Below, piece after piece: positions 47,282-58,361 of a stretch of 64,000 nucleotides of DNA. Origin of the DNA: Planctomycetota bacterium. GTDB lineage: Bacteria; Planctomycetota; B15-G4; SIAN01. The notes under the pieces were generated by a model. The model saw only the letters and a list, made by a program, of their open reading frames with translations, was not told the DNA's origin and did not search any database. The stretch is taken from NCBI GenBank assembly GCA_031409275.1, contig JANNXA010000055.1, forward strand, positions 64,001-128,000, read 5' to 3'. Position numbers and translations under genes: made by a program. The stretch's first letter is position 1. The number at the start of each line of letters is the position of its first letter.

Positions 47282-48043
47282 TCACACCGGAGCCGGAGAG
47301 GTCCGGTTGCGTCGGACGGCGAGGGCGATCGCGCCTTCGGTGCGCGGCAGCGCCAGGCCGAATCCCCCCTCCGCCTCCGCACCCTGCCAGCACTCGCCGC
47401 CGAGTCGACCGAGCAGCGCGCGTGCGCGCGTGAACGCCTCGCTCGCCGAGCGCGGCCCGATCGCCGCCGGCGCGCGGACGTCGATGCGCGCGACGCCGTG
47501 GACGTCGCGCACTCGCAACTCCATCTGACCTCCGGCCGGCACCCGCTCCAGCAGCTCGCCGAGCAGGGCGAACAGGCACGCAATCAACGCATCACGGTCG
47601 CCGCGGACCGTGCAGTCCTGCGATCCATCGAGCACCCGAAGGCGAATCTGGTGCGCCTCGATCCAGACCCGTTGACCGGCGACCGCCTTCTCGACGACCT
47701 CGGCCAGGACGGCATGGCCGTCCGGCGTGGTGGATTCGTTGACGAGCCCGAGCTCGAGCGCGTTGGTGACCAGCACATCGAGCCGCTGGCATTCGCGCGC
47801 CAGCGCCCGGCCGAAGGCCGCGAGGCTTTGCGCGTCACCGCCCGCCGCCATCCGCGCTCCGAGCCGGGCCATGGCGGCGAGAGGAAGGCGCAACTCGTGG
47901 GCGAGGAAGCGCTCGACCTCGCGCCCCGGTCGCTGCGGCGCCATCGGGGCACTCGAGGTGGCGACTCCCCGCTCGACGCGATCGGCGACGCCGAGCACTT
48001 CGAGCACACGCGTCCGCAGACCTTTGCGATCGCCGTCGGCCAT
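47282..48043 (-). CDS. Histidine-kinase-like protein with a degenerate ATPase domain
   Basis: H-box FLAHELRLPL; the HATPase region lacks recognisable N, G1 and G2 boxes. Confidence 0.6.
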   Translation of the reverse strand: MADGDRKGLRTRVLEVLGVADRVERGVATSSAPMAPQRPGREVERFLAHELRLPLAAMARLGARMAAGGDAQSLAAFGRALARECQRLDVLVTNALELGLVNESTTPDGHAVLAEVVEKAVAGQRVWIEAHQIRLRVLDGSQDCTVRGDRDALIACLFALLGELLERVPAGGQMELRVRDVHGVARIDVRAPAAIGPRSASEAFTRARALLGRLGGECWQGAEAEGGFGLALPRTEGAIALAVRRNRTSPAPV

Positions 48044-48199
48044 CCCGCTCCCCACTGGCGCCGGCGCGGCGCAGAGACCGTGCTTCATTCGCCGCCCGCT
48101 TGTCGGCAACCTGTGGCCGTTCTTGCGGTCGCGAGGCGCCGGCCCCGAGCGGAAAAGCGTTCGGCACGCCACTGCTCGGGCCGCGCGAGGAGCCGCCAG

Positions 48200-49783
48200 A
48201 TGAACTTCCGACGCGTCGGCACGATCTTCCGCAAGGAACTGCTCGACACGCTGCGCGATCGAAAGACGCTGCTGTTCATGGTGGCGCTCCCGACGTTGCT
48301 CGCGCCGGGCTTGAGCGCCGTCATGGCGCGCGTGACGCAACGCGAGGCGCAGAAGACCCAGGAGCGGCGGCTCACCGTTCAGGCGGAGCCCGAGGCGCGC
48401 GATCGCCTGATCAACTTCCTGCGCGGTCGCCTCTCGGTGCTCGAAGCGCAGGCGGCACCACTGTTGGCGATGTTCGGCGAGTCGGTCCGGGCACCGCTCG
48501 CCGCGATCGCGAAGGACCTCGGGACCACGCCGTTCGAAGCGCTGCTGCGCGCCGCGAGCGACCCCGCCGTGCGCGGCCACGCCCGTTTCGCCGACTTGAA
48601 GGCGGCCTTCACCGGGGCGGGCCAGGAGGCGCTGAAGCAGGCGGCGGGCGCGAACAGCGGCTCCGACGCGGCCGGTAGCGAGTCAGGCCTCGGCGCGATG
48701 CAGAAGATCGCCGACCTCATGAACCCGTTGGTCACCATCGATTTCGTCGCGCAGGCCGAGCTGGCCGGTCGCCCCGCCACCCACGCGCCGACGCCGATCG
48801 AGGAGCTGCCCGCGCGCGTGCGCAAGGATCCGGTACTGCTCGCTGCCGCCCAGGCGATCGCGCAGCGCCAGACACAGGCCTACCTGACCGTCCCGCGCGC
48901 GCTCGACGGCGAGATCGTCGAGCGTGACGACCAGGTGAAAGTCGAGATCCTCTTCGACTCGACCGTCGACCTCAGCAACGAGGCGCAACGTCGACTGCAG
49001 GCAGCGCTGAACGCCGCGAGCACGCTGACCGTCGACGCACGCCTCGCTCGCGAGCAGCTCCCCGCGACCTTCGTGAAACCGGTCGATGTGGCCGCGCTCA
49101 ACACGGCCGGCAAATCGAAGCAGGTGCTCAAGGTGATCGCCGGCTTGCTCCCCTACCTGCTCATCCTGATGAGCTTCATCGGCGCGCTCTACCCCGCGAC
49201 CGATCTCGGCGCCGGCGAGAAGGAGCGGCTCACCTTGGAGACGCTGCTGGTGAGTCCGGCCGCGCGCAGCGAGATCGCGATCGGCAAGTTCGGCGTCGTC
49301 TTCCTCGCCGCGATGGTCGCAAGCCTGCTCGCGACGGCGTCGATGGCCTACACCTTCACGTCCGGCCTCATCAGCAAGGAGATCGGCGAGCTGCTCCAGT
49401 TCAAGCTCTCGCCCCTGCAGGTGGCGGTCTGCGTCTCCTTGATCGCGCCGCTCGCCGCCACGCTCGCGTCGCTGATGCTCGCGCTTTCGCTCTACGCGAA
49501 GTCCCAGAAGGAAGCGCAGTCGCTGATGATGCCGCTGCAGTTCCTGATCATCGTCCCCGCGATGCTGTCGATGATCCCGACCATCGAGCTCAACACCTCC
49601 TTCGCATGGATCCCGGTGATGAACGTCGCGCTGGGGTTGCGCTCGGTGCTGACCGCCGGTGGCGCCGCGCTGCCGTGGCCGGAGCTCGCCATCATCTTCG
49701 GCTCGACGACCCTGCTGGCGGTGTTGGCCCTCGCGGTGTGCAGCTGGCAGTTCGGGCGCGAGAAGGTCATCTTCCGCAGCTGA
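48200..49783 (+). CDS. ABC transporter permease, NatB-like
   Basis: IFRKELLDTLRDRKTL; YPATDLGAGEKERLTLETLLVSP; multiple TM helices. Confidence 0.9.
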   Translation: MNFRRVGTIFRKELLDTLRDRKTLLFMVALPTLLAPGLSAVMARVTQREAQKTQERRLTVQAEPEARDRLINFLRGRLSVLEAQAAPLLAMFGESVRAPLAAIAKDLGTTPFEALLRAASDPAVRGHARFADLKAAFTGAGQEALKQAAGANSGSDAAGSESGLGAMQKIADLMNPLVTIDFVAQAELAGRPATHAPTPIEELPARVRKDPVLLAAAQAIAQRQTQAYLTVPRALDGEIVERDDQVKVEILFDSTVDLSNEAQRRLQAALNAASTLTVDARLAREQLPATFVKPVDVAALNTAGKSKQVLKVIAGLLPYLLILMSFIGALYPATDLGAGEKERLTLETLLVSPAARSEIAIGKFGVVFLAAMVASLLATASMAYTFTSGLISKEIGELLQFKLSPLQVAVCVSLIAPLAATLASLMLALSLYAKSQKEAQSLMMPLQFLIIVPAMLSMIPTIELNTSFAWIPVMNVALGLRSVLTAGGAALPWPELAIIFGSTTLLAVLALAVCSWQFGREKVIFRS

Positions 49784-49792
49784 GCGCAGCGA

Positions 49793-50689
49793 TTAGCCGG
49801 GCGGTTTCGGGGCCGGCGGAGCGCGCACGCGCAACGGTCGCGCATCCAGAGATGCCACGACCTCGCCTCCAGGCGCGGGATCGCCGTCGAGCTGAAGCGC
49901 GGTGACGCCCTGCAGCTCGACCCGGCGCACCGCCCTCAGCGTGGCGTCGGGGAGACGGTCGAGCTGTCCGCGCCACGCCGCGGCGACGACCTTGAGCCAG
50001 CGCGGCCGCACCGGCTCGCGCAATACCAGCAGCTGCAGCCAGCCGTCGTCGAAGCACGCGGACGGACAGACCCGAAACGAGCCGGCGTAGAGGCCGCAAT
50101 TGAACAGCGCTGCGAAGCGGACCTTGCCGAGATCCTCGCCGTCGGCCCGGACGCGCAACGGCTCCTCGCGCGAGTAGCGCGGCACCCGCAGCGCCGCCTT
50201 GATCCAGTCGCTCTTTCGCATCGGTCCGCGTCGGATCGCAGCGACCTCGGCGGCGATCTCGGCATCGATGCCGGCGCTGGCCATGAACGTGAAGACGCGA
50301 TCGCCGCAGTGACCGAGGTCGAACGCACGCTCGGGCGCGCTCCATGCGACTTCGAGCGCGGGGCGCAGACGCAGCGGGATCCGCAGCGACCGCGCCACCA
50401 CGTTGCCGGTGCCGGTCGGGACGATGGCGAGCAGCGGCCGCGCGCCTGGAGGGAACGCGGCGACCGCCACCCCGAGGGTGCCGTCGCCACCGAAGACCCA
50501 GAGCTCGCACCGCTCCGCCGACGCTGCGGCGAGTCGCTCGCGCAGCTCCCCGCGGTCGGTGACGATGGTCGCGGTCGCACCCCGCGCCACCGCGACGACC
50601 CGTGCCCGTGCGGCCGCTTCGCCGCTTCGGCCGCGGCCCGACAGCGGGTTGGCGAAAAGGAGCAATTCGCGCGGGGGCGGTGCGTTCAT
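49793..50689 (-). CDS. Diacylglycerol/lipid kinase family protein
   Basis: ANPLSG, GGDGT, PTGTGNVVA and QLDGD. Confidence 0.9.
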   Translation of the reverse strand: MNAPPPRELLLFANPLSGRGRSGEAAARARVVAVARGATATIVTDRGELRERLAAASAERCELWVFGGDGTLGVAVAAFPPGARPLLAIVPTGTGNVVARSLRIPLRLRPALEVAWSAPERAFDLGHCGDRVFTFMASAGIDAEIAAEVAAIRRGPMRKSDWIKAALRVPRYSREEPLRVRADGEDLGKVRFAALFNCGLYAGSFRVCPSACFDDGWLQLLVLREPVRPRWLKVVAAAWRGQLDRLPDATLRAVRRVELQGVTALQLDGDPAPGGEVVASLDARPLRVRAPPAPKPPG

Positions 50690-50840
50690 CGCGACGGCGC
50701 AGTCTACGCCTCGCCCCTCGGCACGCACGCGGCTCCGGGAGTGAGCACGTCGAATCCAACCGCGGCGCCTTCGGTGCGTTAGAAGGGCGATCCCGAGGCC
50801 GGATCGGACGGCCTCGCACTTCGACGAAGGGAGCTCCTCG

Positions 50841-52796
50841 ATGTCGCTGCGCCTGATGCTCTGTCGTACCTGGTTCGCCCTCGCTGCCTTGACGGCGACC
50901 ACGCCGCTTGCCATCGCTCAGGCGGGCGGTCTGAAGAGCGTCATCGACGACGGCCTCGCCGAGCTCGCGCGCCGGCAAGCGCCGGACGGCTCTTACGGCG
51001 ACGCGGTGACGACCGCGGATGCCGTGCTGGCGTTCTGCGAATCCCCGCGACGCTACGGCGAAGCGGATGGCCCGTTCGTCCGCCGGGCGATCGATTGGCT
51101 GACGAGCCAGGTCGATCCGCAAGGGCGCCCGCTCGGCGGCGGGTCGATCCACGAGCAGGTCGCGATCGCGGGCTGGATCACCGAAGCGCTCGCCCGCTCG
51201 AAGCGCCCGGAAGCGGTCGCGGCGCGCGAACGGCTGGCCCGCTTCCTCGACAGCGCCGAGGTGAAAGGGCGCGAAGCGGCGCCGATTCCCGCGGCCGAGT
51301 TCGAGCGGACCTTCGTGCTGCCCGCGGCAGCGGACGCGCTGAAGCAGGGGCTCTCCCCCATCACGCAGGTGCTTTCCAGCGTTCGCGGAGTCCAACCCAG
51401 CGAGTTCGATCGCTGGCTGCGCGCCTCCCCGTCGATCCTGCGCGGCATCGCCAGGAACGCGCCCGATCTCCTGCTGCAGACCACGCTCAGCGAGGGCGAG
51501 CACTGGAGCAAGGTGCTGGGGGACGTGATCCTGCGCGCGAGTCATGCGCCGGCGGGATTCGAGGAACTGCCGCCGCGCGATCTCGCTGCGTCCGCGCGCG
51601 CGCTCACCGTATGCCTCGAGCATGAACCGAAGGTCGCCGGTGGTTCGGGCAGCGGCGGACCGCCCAAGCCGGTCGGCACTCCGCGCGTCGTGAAAGGCGA
51701 GCTCGACGCCGCCTGGCGCGAAGCGGCCACCGGCGCGCTCGCCTATCTCGCAACGCAGCAGAAGGAGGGGCGCTTCGGGTTCATGGGACGCGAAGACGCC
51801 GGCATCACCGCACTCGCCCTCGCGTCCGTCCTGCGCACCGGCAAGCGGCTCGGCCAGGAGCCGCCGGCTTGGTGCGCGACCGGCCTCGACTACCTCGTCT
51901 CGCTGCAGAAGGAGAATGGCTCGATCCACTCCGGCGGGCTCGCCGTCTACACGACGTCGGCCGCGATGATGGCGCTGTCGCAAAGCGGTCGCGCCTCCGA
52001 TCAGGCGGTGCTCGAACGCGGCGCCCTCTTCCTCAAGGTGGTCCAGCGCGACGAAGGCGAAGGCTACGACCGCGACTCGGACTGGGGCTACGGCGGCATC
52101 GGCTACGGCAACGAGCTGCGCCCCGACCTGTCGAACACGCAGTTCGGACTCGAAGGGATGAAGGCGGCCGGCGTACCCGCCGACGACCCGGCGATGCAGC
52201 GCGCGATCCTCTTCCTGCAGCGCTGCCAGAACAGCGTCGAGGCCAACCCGGTCGCGATCGAGCGCGCCGATGGCCGCGTGGTCGTCGCCGGCAACGACGG
52301 CGGCGCCGGTTACCACCCCGGCGAAAGCAAGGCGGGGCTCGTGGCGAACCCCGACGGGACGTTCACGACGCGCAGCTACGGGTCGATGACGTACGCGCTG
52401 CTCAAGTGCTACCTCTTCGCCGGATTGCCGCGCGACGACGCGCGCGTCCAGGCGGCGCTTTCGTGGATCGCGAAGAACTGGACGGTCGAGCTCAACCCCG
52501 GCTTCGATCCAGCGAGCGCACAGGGAGCGGAATACCAGGGGCTCTTCTACTACTGGTTCACGATGGCCAAGGCGCTCGACGCGAGCGGCCTCGAGACGTT
52601 GACGACGCCCGATGGCAAGGAGCACCACTGGCGCGACGAGTTGCTGGCGAAGCTGCTCTCCATCTCCTACCAGGAGGGCTTCTGGACCAACCAGAAGTCG
52701 AGCCGCTGGATGGAGGAGTTCCCGGTGCTGGCGACGAGCTACGCGCTGGCGGCGATGGACCACTGCCTGCCGCCGGATCGCGCAACGCAGCGCTGA
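50841..52796 (+). CDS. Secreted prenyltransferase/squalene-cyclase-repeat protein
   Basis: Signal peptide; QW-like repeats RQAPDGSY and LQKENGSI; PDLSNTQF, DGGAGY and YGSMTYA. Confidence 0.8.
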   Translation: MSLRLMLCRTWFALAALTATTPLAIAQAGGLKSVIDDGLAELARRQAPDGSYGDAVTTADAVLAFCESPRRYGEADGPFVRRAIDWLTSQVDPQGRPLGGGSIHEQVAIAGWITEALARSKRPEAVAARERLARFLDSAEVKGREAAPIPAAEFERTFVLPAAADALKQGLSPITQVLSSVRGVQPSEFDRWLRASPSILRGIARNAPDLLLQTTLSEGEHWSKVLGDVILRASHAPAGFEELPPRDLAASARALTVCLEHEPKVAGGSGSGGPPKPVGTPRVVKGELDAAWREAATGALAYLATQQKEGRFGFMGREDAGITALALASVLRTGKRLGQEPPAWCATGLDYLVSLQKENGSIHSGGLAVYTTSAAMMALSQSGRASDQAVLERGALFLKVVQRDEGEGYDRDSDWGYGGIGYGNELRPDLSNTQFGLEGMKAAGVPADDPAMQRAILFLQRCQNSVEANPVAIERADGRVVVAGNDGGAGYHPGESKAGLVANPDGTFTTRSYGSMTYALLKCYLFAGLPRDDARVQAALSWIAKNWTVELNPGFDPASAQGAEYQGLFYYWFTMAKALDASGLETLTTPDGKEHHWRDELLAKLLSISYQEGFWTNQKSSRWMEEFPVLATSYALAAMDHCLPPDRATQR

Positions 52797-52912
52797 AGCG
52801 CTTCGGCCGCCACTGACCCGAACGAAGCGCGCGGGCGCCGCTGACAGCGACGCCCGCGCGCATTTCGATTCCGTTCGAGCGGGAGTTCAGCCCTTGCTCG
52901 AAGCGCCTGCGC

Positions 52913-54772
52913 TCACGCGCCCTGCGCCCCCTGGGCCCCCTCCGCGATCTCGTTGTAGTTGTTCTTGGCGCGCTTGCGCTCCTTCTCATCGAGGAGGATC
53001 TTGCGCATGCGCAACGACTTCGGCGTGACCTCGACGAGTTCGTCGTCGTCGATGTACTCGAGGCACTCCTCGAGCGAGAGGCGCTTCGACGGCGCGACGA
53101 CCAGTTTGCGGTCGGCGCCCGACGAGCGCATGTTGGAGAGCTTCTTCGTCTTGGTGACGTTGACCACGATGTCGACGCCGCGGCAGTGCTCGCCGACCAG
53201 CTGCCCGACGTAGATCTGATCGCCGTTCTCGACGAAGAAGTCGCCGCGATCCTGCAACGCGTCGAGCGAGTAGGCGGCGACCGTGCCGCCCTCGACCGCG
53301 ACCTGCACGCCACCCTGGCGCTCGCCGATCGGCCCCTTCCACGGCTGGTAGCCGAAGAAGCTCGAGTGGAGCACTGCCTCGCCGGTCGTCGCCGAGAGCA
53401 GCTTGGTGCGCAGCCCGACGATGCCGCGCGACGGGATCGCGATCTCGAGATGGGTCATCATCTCGCCCGCCGATTCCATCTTCTGCACCTCGCCGCGACG
53501 GCCGCCGACGAGTTCGATCACCTTGCCCGCCCACGGCGTGCGCACATCGACGATCAGGAGCTCGATCGGCTCGTTCTTGACGCCGTCGATGTCGCGCGTG
53601 ATCACGCGCGGTTTGCCGACCTGGAACTCGTAGCCCTCGCGCCGCATCGTCTCGAGGAAGACGCCGAGGTGGAGCACGCCGCGGCCGGCGATCCGCCAGC
53701 TCTCGGAACTCTCCCCGCGCTCGACGCGCAGCGAGACGTTACTGCGCAGCTCGCGCTCGAGGCGCTCGCGCAGGTGGCGGGAGGTGACGAACTGCCCCTC
53801 CTGGCCCGCGAACGGCGAATCGTTCACGTAGAGGATCATCGACATCGTCGGCTCCTCCACGGCGATGGCGGGCATCGCCTGTGGGTTGGCCGGGTCAGCG
53901 ATCGTGTCGGAGATCTCGAGGTCGTAGTCCGCGGCGACCAGGGCGGCGATGTCGCCGCACTGGATCCGATCGGCGCGCACCCGCTCCATGCTCTCGAAGG
54001 TGAAGAGCTCCTGGATTCGCGTCCGCACGATCTTCCCGTCGCGCTTCACGATGACGATCGGCTGGTTCAGCGCGAGCGTGCCGGTGTAGACGCGGCCGAC
54101 GCCGATGCGGCCGACGTACTCGCTGTGGTCGAGCAGCGTGACCTGGAAGCGCGGCGGCTCGTCATCGCGCGCCGGCGGCGGCGGAATGCGTTCCAAGATC
54201 GACTGGAACAGCGGCGTCATGTCCATGTTCCCGTCGTCGGGCTCGTTGCGCGCGTAGCCGGCGCGGCCCGAGGCGTAGATCACCGGGAAGTCGAGCAGTC
54301 CGTCGTCGTGCGTGAGCTCGCAGAAGAGGTCGAACACCTCGTCGAGCACCTTGCGGCAGCGCTGATCGGGCCGGTCGATCTTGTTGATGACGACGATCGG
54401 CTTGAGCTTCTTCTCGAGCGCCTTCGAAAGGACGAAGCGCGTCTGCGGCATCGGCCCTTCGGCCGCATCGACGAGCAGCAGGCAGCCGTCGGCCATCGAC
54501 AGCACGCGCTCGACCTCGCCTCCGAAGTCGGAGTGGCCTGGCGTGTCGATGTTGTTGATCTTGGTGCCGCCCCACTGGATGGCGGTGTTCTTCGCGAGGA
54601 TCGTGATGCCGCGCTCACGTTCCTGGTCGTTGCTGTCGAGCAGCCGTTCGGTGGGCCCGCCTTTGCGGACCTTGAACGATCCGGCCGCCTGCAGGAGACG
54701 ATCGACGAGGGTCGTCTTGCCGTGGTCGACGTGGGCGATGATCGCGATGTTGCGGATGCGTGCGTAGCTCAT
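52913..54772 (-). CDS. typA: Translational GTPase TypA/BipA
   Basis: [23 protein letters not shown] and DDELVEVTP. Confidence 0.97.
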   Translation of the reverse strand: MSYARIRNIAIIAHVDHGKTTLVDRLLQAAGSFKVRKGGPTERLLDSNDQERERGITILAKNTAIQWGGTKINNIDTPGHSDFGGEVERVLSMADGCLLLVDAAEGPMPQTRFVLSKALEKKLKPIVVINKIDRPDQRCRKVLDEVFDLFCELTHDDGLLDFPVIYASGRAGYARNEPDDGNMDMTPLFQSILERIPPPPARDDEPPRFQVTLLDHSEYVGRIGVGRVYTGTLALNQPIVIVKRDGKIVRTRIQELFTFESMERVRADRIQCGDIAALVAADYDLEISDTIADPANPQAMPAIAVEEPTMSMILYVNDSPFAGQEGQFVTSRHLRERLERELRSNVSLRVERGESSESWRIAGRGVLHLGVFLETMRREGYEFQVGKPRVITRDIDGVKNEPIELLIVDVRTPWAGKVIELVGGRRGEVQKMESAGEMMTHLEIAIPSRGIVGLRTKLLSATTGEAVLHSSFFGYQPWKGPIGERQGGVQVAVEGGTVAAYSLDALQDRGDFFVENGDQIYVGQLVGEHCRGVDIVVNVTKTKKLSNMRSSGADRKLVVAPSKRLSLEECLEYIDDDELVEVTPKSLRMRKILLDEKERKRAKNNYNEIAEGAQGAQGA

Positions 54773-54858
54773 CTCGTATCCAAACGGGAGGCCCGAAGAC
54801 GGGAATTCCGTCCTCGGGCCAACCGGACTCCATCAGGGGCGGGCGGAAGGCGACTCGG

Positions 54859-56115
54859 TCAGGCGTAGATCCCGCGCAGCTTGTAGACCTGCGCGACGCG
54901 ATCGACCGAGAGCATGTAGGCGCCGATGCGCAACGAAGTCTTGTGCTTCGCGGCGGTGTCGGCGACCTCGTGGAACGAACGGTGCATGACCTCGTCGAGG
55001 CGCTGGTTCACTTCGGCCTCGGGCCAGAAGAAGCCCATGCGGTCCTGCACCCACTCGAAGTAGGAGACCGTGACGCCGCCAGCGTTGGCGAGGATGTCGG
55101 GGACGACCTGGACGCCCTTCGACTCGAGGATCTTGTCGGCCTCGTCGGTGGTCGGGCCGTTGGCCCCCTCGATGATCAGCTTGGCCTGGATCTTGGGCGC
55201 GTTGACCTCGGTGATCTGGTTCTCGATCGCGGCCGGCACCAGCACGTCGCACGGAAGGGTGAGGAGATCGGACGGATCGATGGCCTGCGCTTCGGGATAG
55301 CCGACCACGAACTTGTTCTTCGCGACCCAGTCGCGCAGCTTGGTGATGTCGATGCCGTTGGCGTTGTAGACCGCGCCGCGCACGTCGCTGATGCCGACGA
55401 CCTTGATGCCGGCCTCATGGAAGTAGCGCGCCGAGGTCGCGCCGACGTTTCCGAAGCCCTGCACGACGACGCGGGCGGTGCGCAGGTCGAGGCCGAAGCG
55501 ATTGGCCGCGTGCTGCAGGATGTCGAAGACGCCGCGCCCGGTCGCATCGGCGCGACCACGCGAGCCACCCAGCAGCAACGGCTTGCCGGTGACCACCGCC
55601 GTCGAGTTCTCCCCCTTGCGCATGGAGTAGGTGTCCATCACCCACGCCATGACCTTGTCATTGGTGCCGACGTCGGGAGCGGGGACGTCGCGATCGGGGC
55701 CGATGATGTCGGCGATCGCCGCGGTGTAGCGGCGCGTCAGCATCTCGAGCTCGCGCATCGAGAGGCGCGTCGGGTCGACGATGATGCCGCCCTTGCCGCC
55801 ACCGAAGGGCAGGTTCACCACCGAGCACTTCCAGGTCATCCAGGCGGCGAGCGCCTTCACTTCCTGCAAGTTGACGTTGATGTCGTAGCGAATGCCGCCC
55901 TTGCACGGCCCCATGGCTCGACTGTGCTGAACGCGGTAACCGGTGAAGACCTCGACCTTCCCGTTGTCCATCACGACCGGGATCGACACCTTCAGCTCGA
56001 GGTCAGGCTCGGCCAGGATCTTCCAGACGTTCTCGTCGAGGCTCAGCCGACGCGCCGCTTCGTTGAAGCGCTTCAGCATCTCCTGCCAAGGATCCTTCGC
56101 GTTCGTCTGGCTCAT
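54859..56115 (-). CDS. gdhA: Glu/Leu/Phe/Val (glutamate) dehydrogenase
   Basis: KGGIRY, GGGKGG, DVPAPD, GFGNVG, EGANGP and NAGGVTVSYFEW. Confidence 0.93.
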   Translation of the reverse strand: MSQTNAKDPWQEMLKRFNEAARRLSLDENVWKILAEPDLELKVSIPVVMDNGKVEVFTGYRVQHSRAMGPCKGGIRYDINVNLQEVKALAAWMTWKCSVVNLPFGGGKGGIIVDPTRLSMRELEMLTRRYTAAIADIIGPDRDVPAPDVGTNDKVMAWVMDTYSMRKGENSTAVVTGKPLLLGGSRGRADATGRGVFDILQHAANRFGLDLRTARVVVQGFGNVGATSARYFHEAGIKVVGISDVRGAVYNANGIDITKLRDWVAKNKFVVGYPEAQAIDPSDLLTLPCDVLVPAAIENQITEVNAPKIQAKLIIEGANGPTTDEADKILESKGVQVVPDILANAGGVTVSYFEWVQDRMGFFWPEAEVNQRLDEVMHRSFHEVADTAAKHKTSLRIGAYMLSVDRVAQVYKLRGIYA

Positions 56116-56287
56116 GGGCTTGGGTTGCGTCCAAGGGGCATGGAAGGCGGTGCAGCGCAGGCGCGCCGCTCCCGGCCGGTGGAAAAGGGCCGGAAGGACT
56201 ACCAAGTGCGCCCCGGGGCGGCAAGGGCGCAGGGGACGCGCCGGGCGCGGAACGGTCAGAAGCTTCTGCGCCTTCGCGTGCGCGGAG

Positions 56288-56373
56288 TGAGGGAGGCGGG
56301 GATCGAACCCGCACGACCGATGAAGGTCGCCGGATTTTAAGTCCGGCGCGTCTGCCAGTTCCGCCACTCCCCC
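56288..56373 (-). tRNA. tRNA-Leu (TAA), CCA not encoded
   Basis: GGGGGAGTGGCGGAACTGGCAGACGCGCCGGACTTAAAATCCGG, long variable arm, GGGTTCGATCCCCGCCTCCCTCA. Confidence 0.95.
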
Positions 56374-56445
56374 GCGACCGCTCTGCCGCTCGTCGCCATC
56401 GGCCAGCGCCGCCGGCCACGCCACGGCCACCGCTACCATACTTCG

Positions 56446-58347
56446 ATGATCACCTCGCCGAGTTCCGCGCCGCGTCTTTCCGGAGAGCGGCTGTTCGCGC
56501 GCATTCGTCCGTTGCTGGCCGGCGTCCAGACCCCGGCGTGGTACGTCGGCGGCGAAGTGAACGAGGTCGTGAAGGATCCCGAGACGCTCGCTGGCCGCGT
56601 CGCGCTCATCTATCCCGACAACTACCAGATCGGGATGAGCCACTACGGCCTGAAGCTGCTCTACCACGTCGTCAACCTCGAGCAGGACCTCGCGGCCGAA
56701 CGCTGCTTCACGCCGTTCCCCGACTTCGCCGATCGGCTCCGCCGCGCAGGGATCCCGCTCCACTCGCTCGAAACCAAGACGCCGCTCGCCGACTTCGACC
56801 TGCTCGCCTTCACGCTGCAGGCGGAACTCACGCTCACCAACGTCCTCGAGACGCTCTCGCTCGCAGGTATCCCGCTGCGCGCGAGCGAACGCGCGCCCGA
56901 TTCGCCGCTGATCGTCGCGGGCGGCGCCGGCGCGTGGAACCCGCAGACGTTGGCCGAAGTCGTCGACCTCTATGTCGTCGGCGACGGCGAAGAGGTGATC
57001 GTCCCGCTGCTGCGACTCGCCGCGCAACTGCGACGCGCCGGCGTCTCGCGCAACGAGGCGATCGTGCAGATGGTGGCCCGTTTCGCCAACGTCTACGCCC
57101 CGTCGCTCTACGAAGAGCAGTACCGTCCCGACGGCCGGCTTGCCGGCTACAAGCCGCTGCGCGCCGAACTTCCGGAACGCGTCCGCGGCGCCTACGTCTT
57201 CGACCTCGACGCCACACCGTTCCCGACCGCGCCGATCGTTCCGCACACGCGCGTGATCCACGATCGCGTCTCGCTCGAGGTGATGCGCGGCTGCGTCCAC
57301 GGCTGTCGCTTCTGCCAGGCCGGGATGATCACCCGGCCGTGGCGCATCCGCAGTCCGCAGAAGCTCCTCGAACTGGCGCGCGCGAGCTACCGCGCGACCG
57401 GCGTCGACGAGATCGGACTGCTCTCGCTCTCCACGTCCGACTATCCCTACCTGCAGCAGACGATCGCGCTGCTGCGCGAGGAGTTCGCCGGCAAGGAGGT
57501 CCACCTCTCCCTGCCCTCGTTGCGCGTGAACGAGCAGCTGCGGCTGCTTCCGTTCGAGAATGGCGAAGGGCGCAAGGGCGGCCTCACGCTGGCGCCCGAA
57601 GTGGCCACCGACCGCCTGCGTCAGATGGTCAACAAGCCGATCAAGAACGAGGACCTCTACGCTGGCGTGCGCGAGGCATTCAAGAACGGCTGGGACCACG
57701 TGAAGCTCTACTTCATGATCGGCGTCCCCGGCGAGATCGAGTCGGACGTCGACGGCATCGTCGAGATGGCCGAGACCTGCGCGCGCATCGGCAAGGAGAT
57801 CCATGGCCGGTACGCCGAGGTGCATGCCGCCGTCTCGACCTTCGTGCCCAAGCCCTTCGTTCCGTACCAGTGGGACGCGATCCTCCCGCTCGACGAGATC
57901 CGCGCGCGCCAGCGCTACCTGATCAGCCTGAAGCGCATCAAGAGCGTGCGCATCGATTGCCACCGACCCGAGCAGTCGTTCCTCGAAGCGATCCTCGCGC
58001 GCGGCGATCGCCGCATCGGCCGCGTCGTGCTGCGCGCCCACGAGCTCGGCGCGCGCTTCGACGAATGGGGCGAGCACTTCGACGCGACGCGCTGGCATCA
58101 GGCCTTCGCGGATTGCGGCATCGACTGGGCGGCCGAGGCGACGCGACCGCTCGAGTTCGACGACGCGCTGCCCTGGGACATGCTCGACGCCGGACCGAGC
58201 AAGGAGTACCTGATCGAGGAGGCGAAGAAGTCTCGCGCCGAGCGCAGCACGCAGAACTGCTTCGGCGCCGCGTGCAACAAGTGCGGCGTCGATGCGAAGG
58301 ACTGCTTCGACTTGAAGCACGCGATGCCGCTGCTCTTGCAGCGCTGA
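56446..58347 (+). CDS. B12-binding radical SAM protein (TIGR03960-like)
   Basis: YVGGEVN, YPDNYQIGMSH, RGCVHGCRFCQAG and KLYFMIG. Confidence 0.9.
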   Translation: MITSPSSAPRLSGERLFARIRPLLAGVQTPAWYVGGEVNEVVKDPETLAGRVALIYPDNYQIGMSHYGLKLLYHVVNLEQDLAAERCFTPFPDFADRLRRAGIPLHSLETKTPLADFDLLAFTLQAELTLTNVLETLSLAGIPLRASERAPDSPLIVAGGAGAWNPQTLAEVVDLYVVGDGEEVIVPLLRLAAQLRRAGVSRNEAIVQMVARFANVYAPSLYEEQYRPDGRLAGYKPLRAELPERVRGAYVFDLDATPFPTAPIVPHTRVIHDRVSLEVMRGCVHGCRFCQAGMITRPWRIRSPQKLLELARASYRATGVDEIGLLSLSTSDYPYLQQTIALLREEFAGKEVHLSLPSLRVNEQLRLLPFENGEGRKGGLTLAPEVATDRLRQMVNKPIKNEDLYAGVREAFKNGWDHVKLYFMIGVPGEIESDVDGIVEMAETCARIGKEIHGRYAEVHAAVSTFVPKPFVPYQWDAILPLDEIRARQRYLISLKRIKSVRIDCHRPEQSFLEAILARGDRRIGRVVLRAHELGARFDEWGEHFDATRWHQAFADCGIDWAAEATRPLEFDDALPWDMLDAGPSKEYLIEEAKKSRAERSTQNCFGAACNKCGVDAKDCFDLKHAMPLLLQR

Positions 58348-58361
58348 ATCGCTCGCCGACC

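Noticed and set aside
56288..56373. bldA-like regulation through tRNA-Leu(TAA); TTA codons occur in the island gene 13322-14140
   Set aside because: This tRNA is standard in bacteria and nothing in the sequence shows regulatory use.
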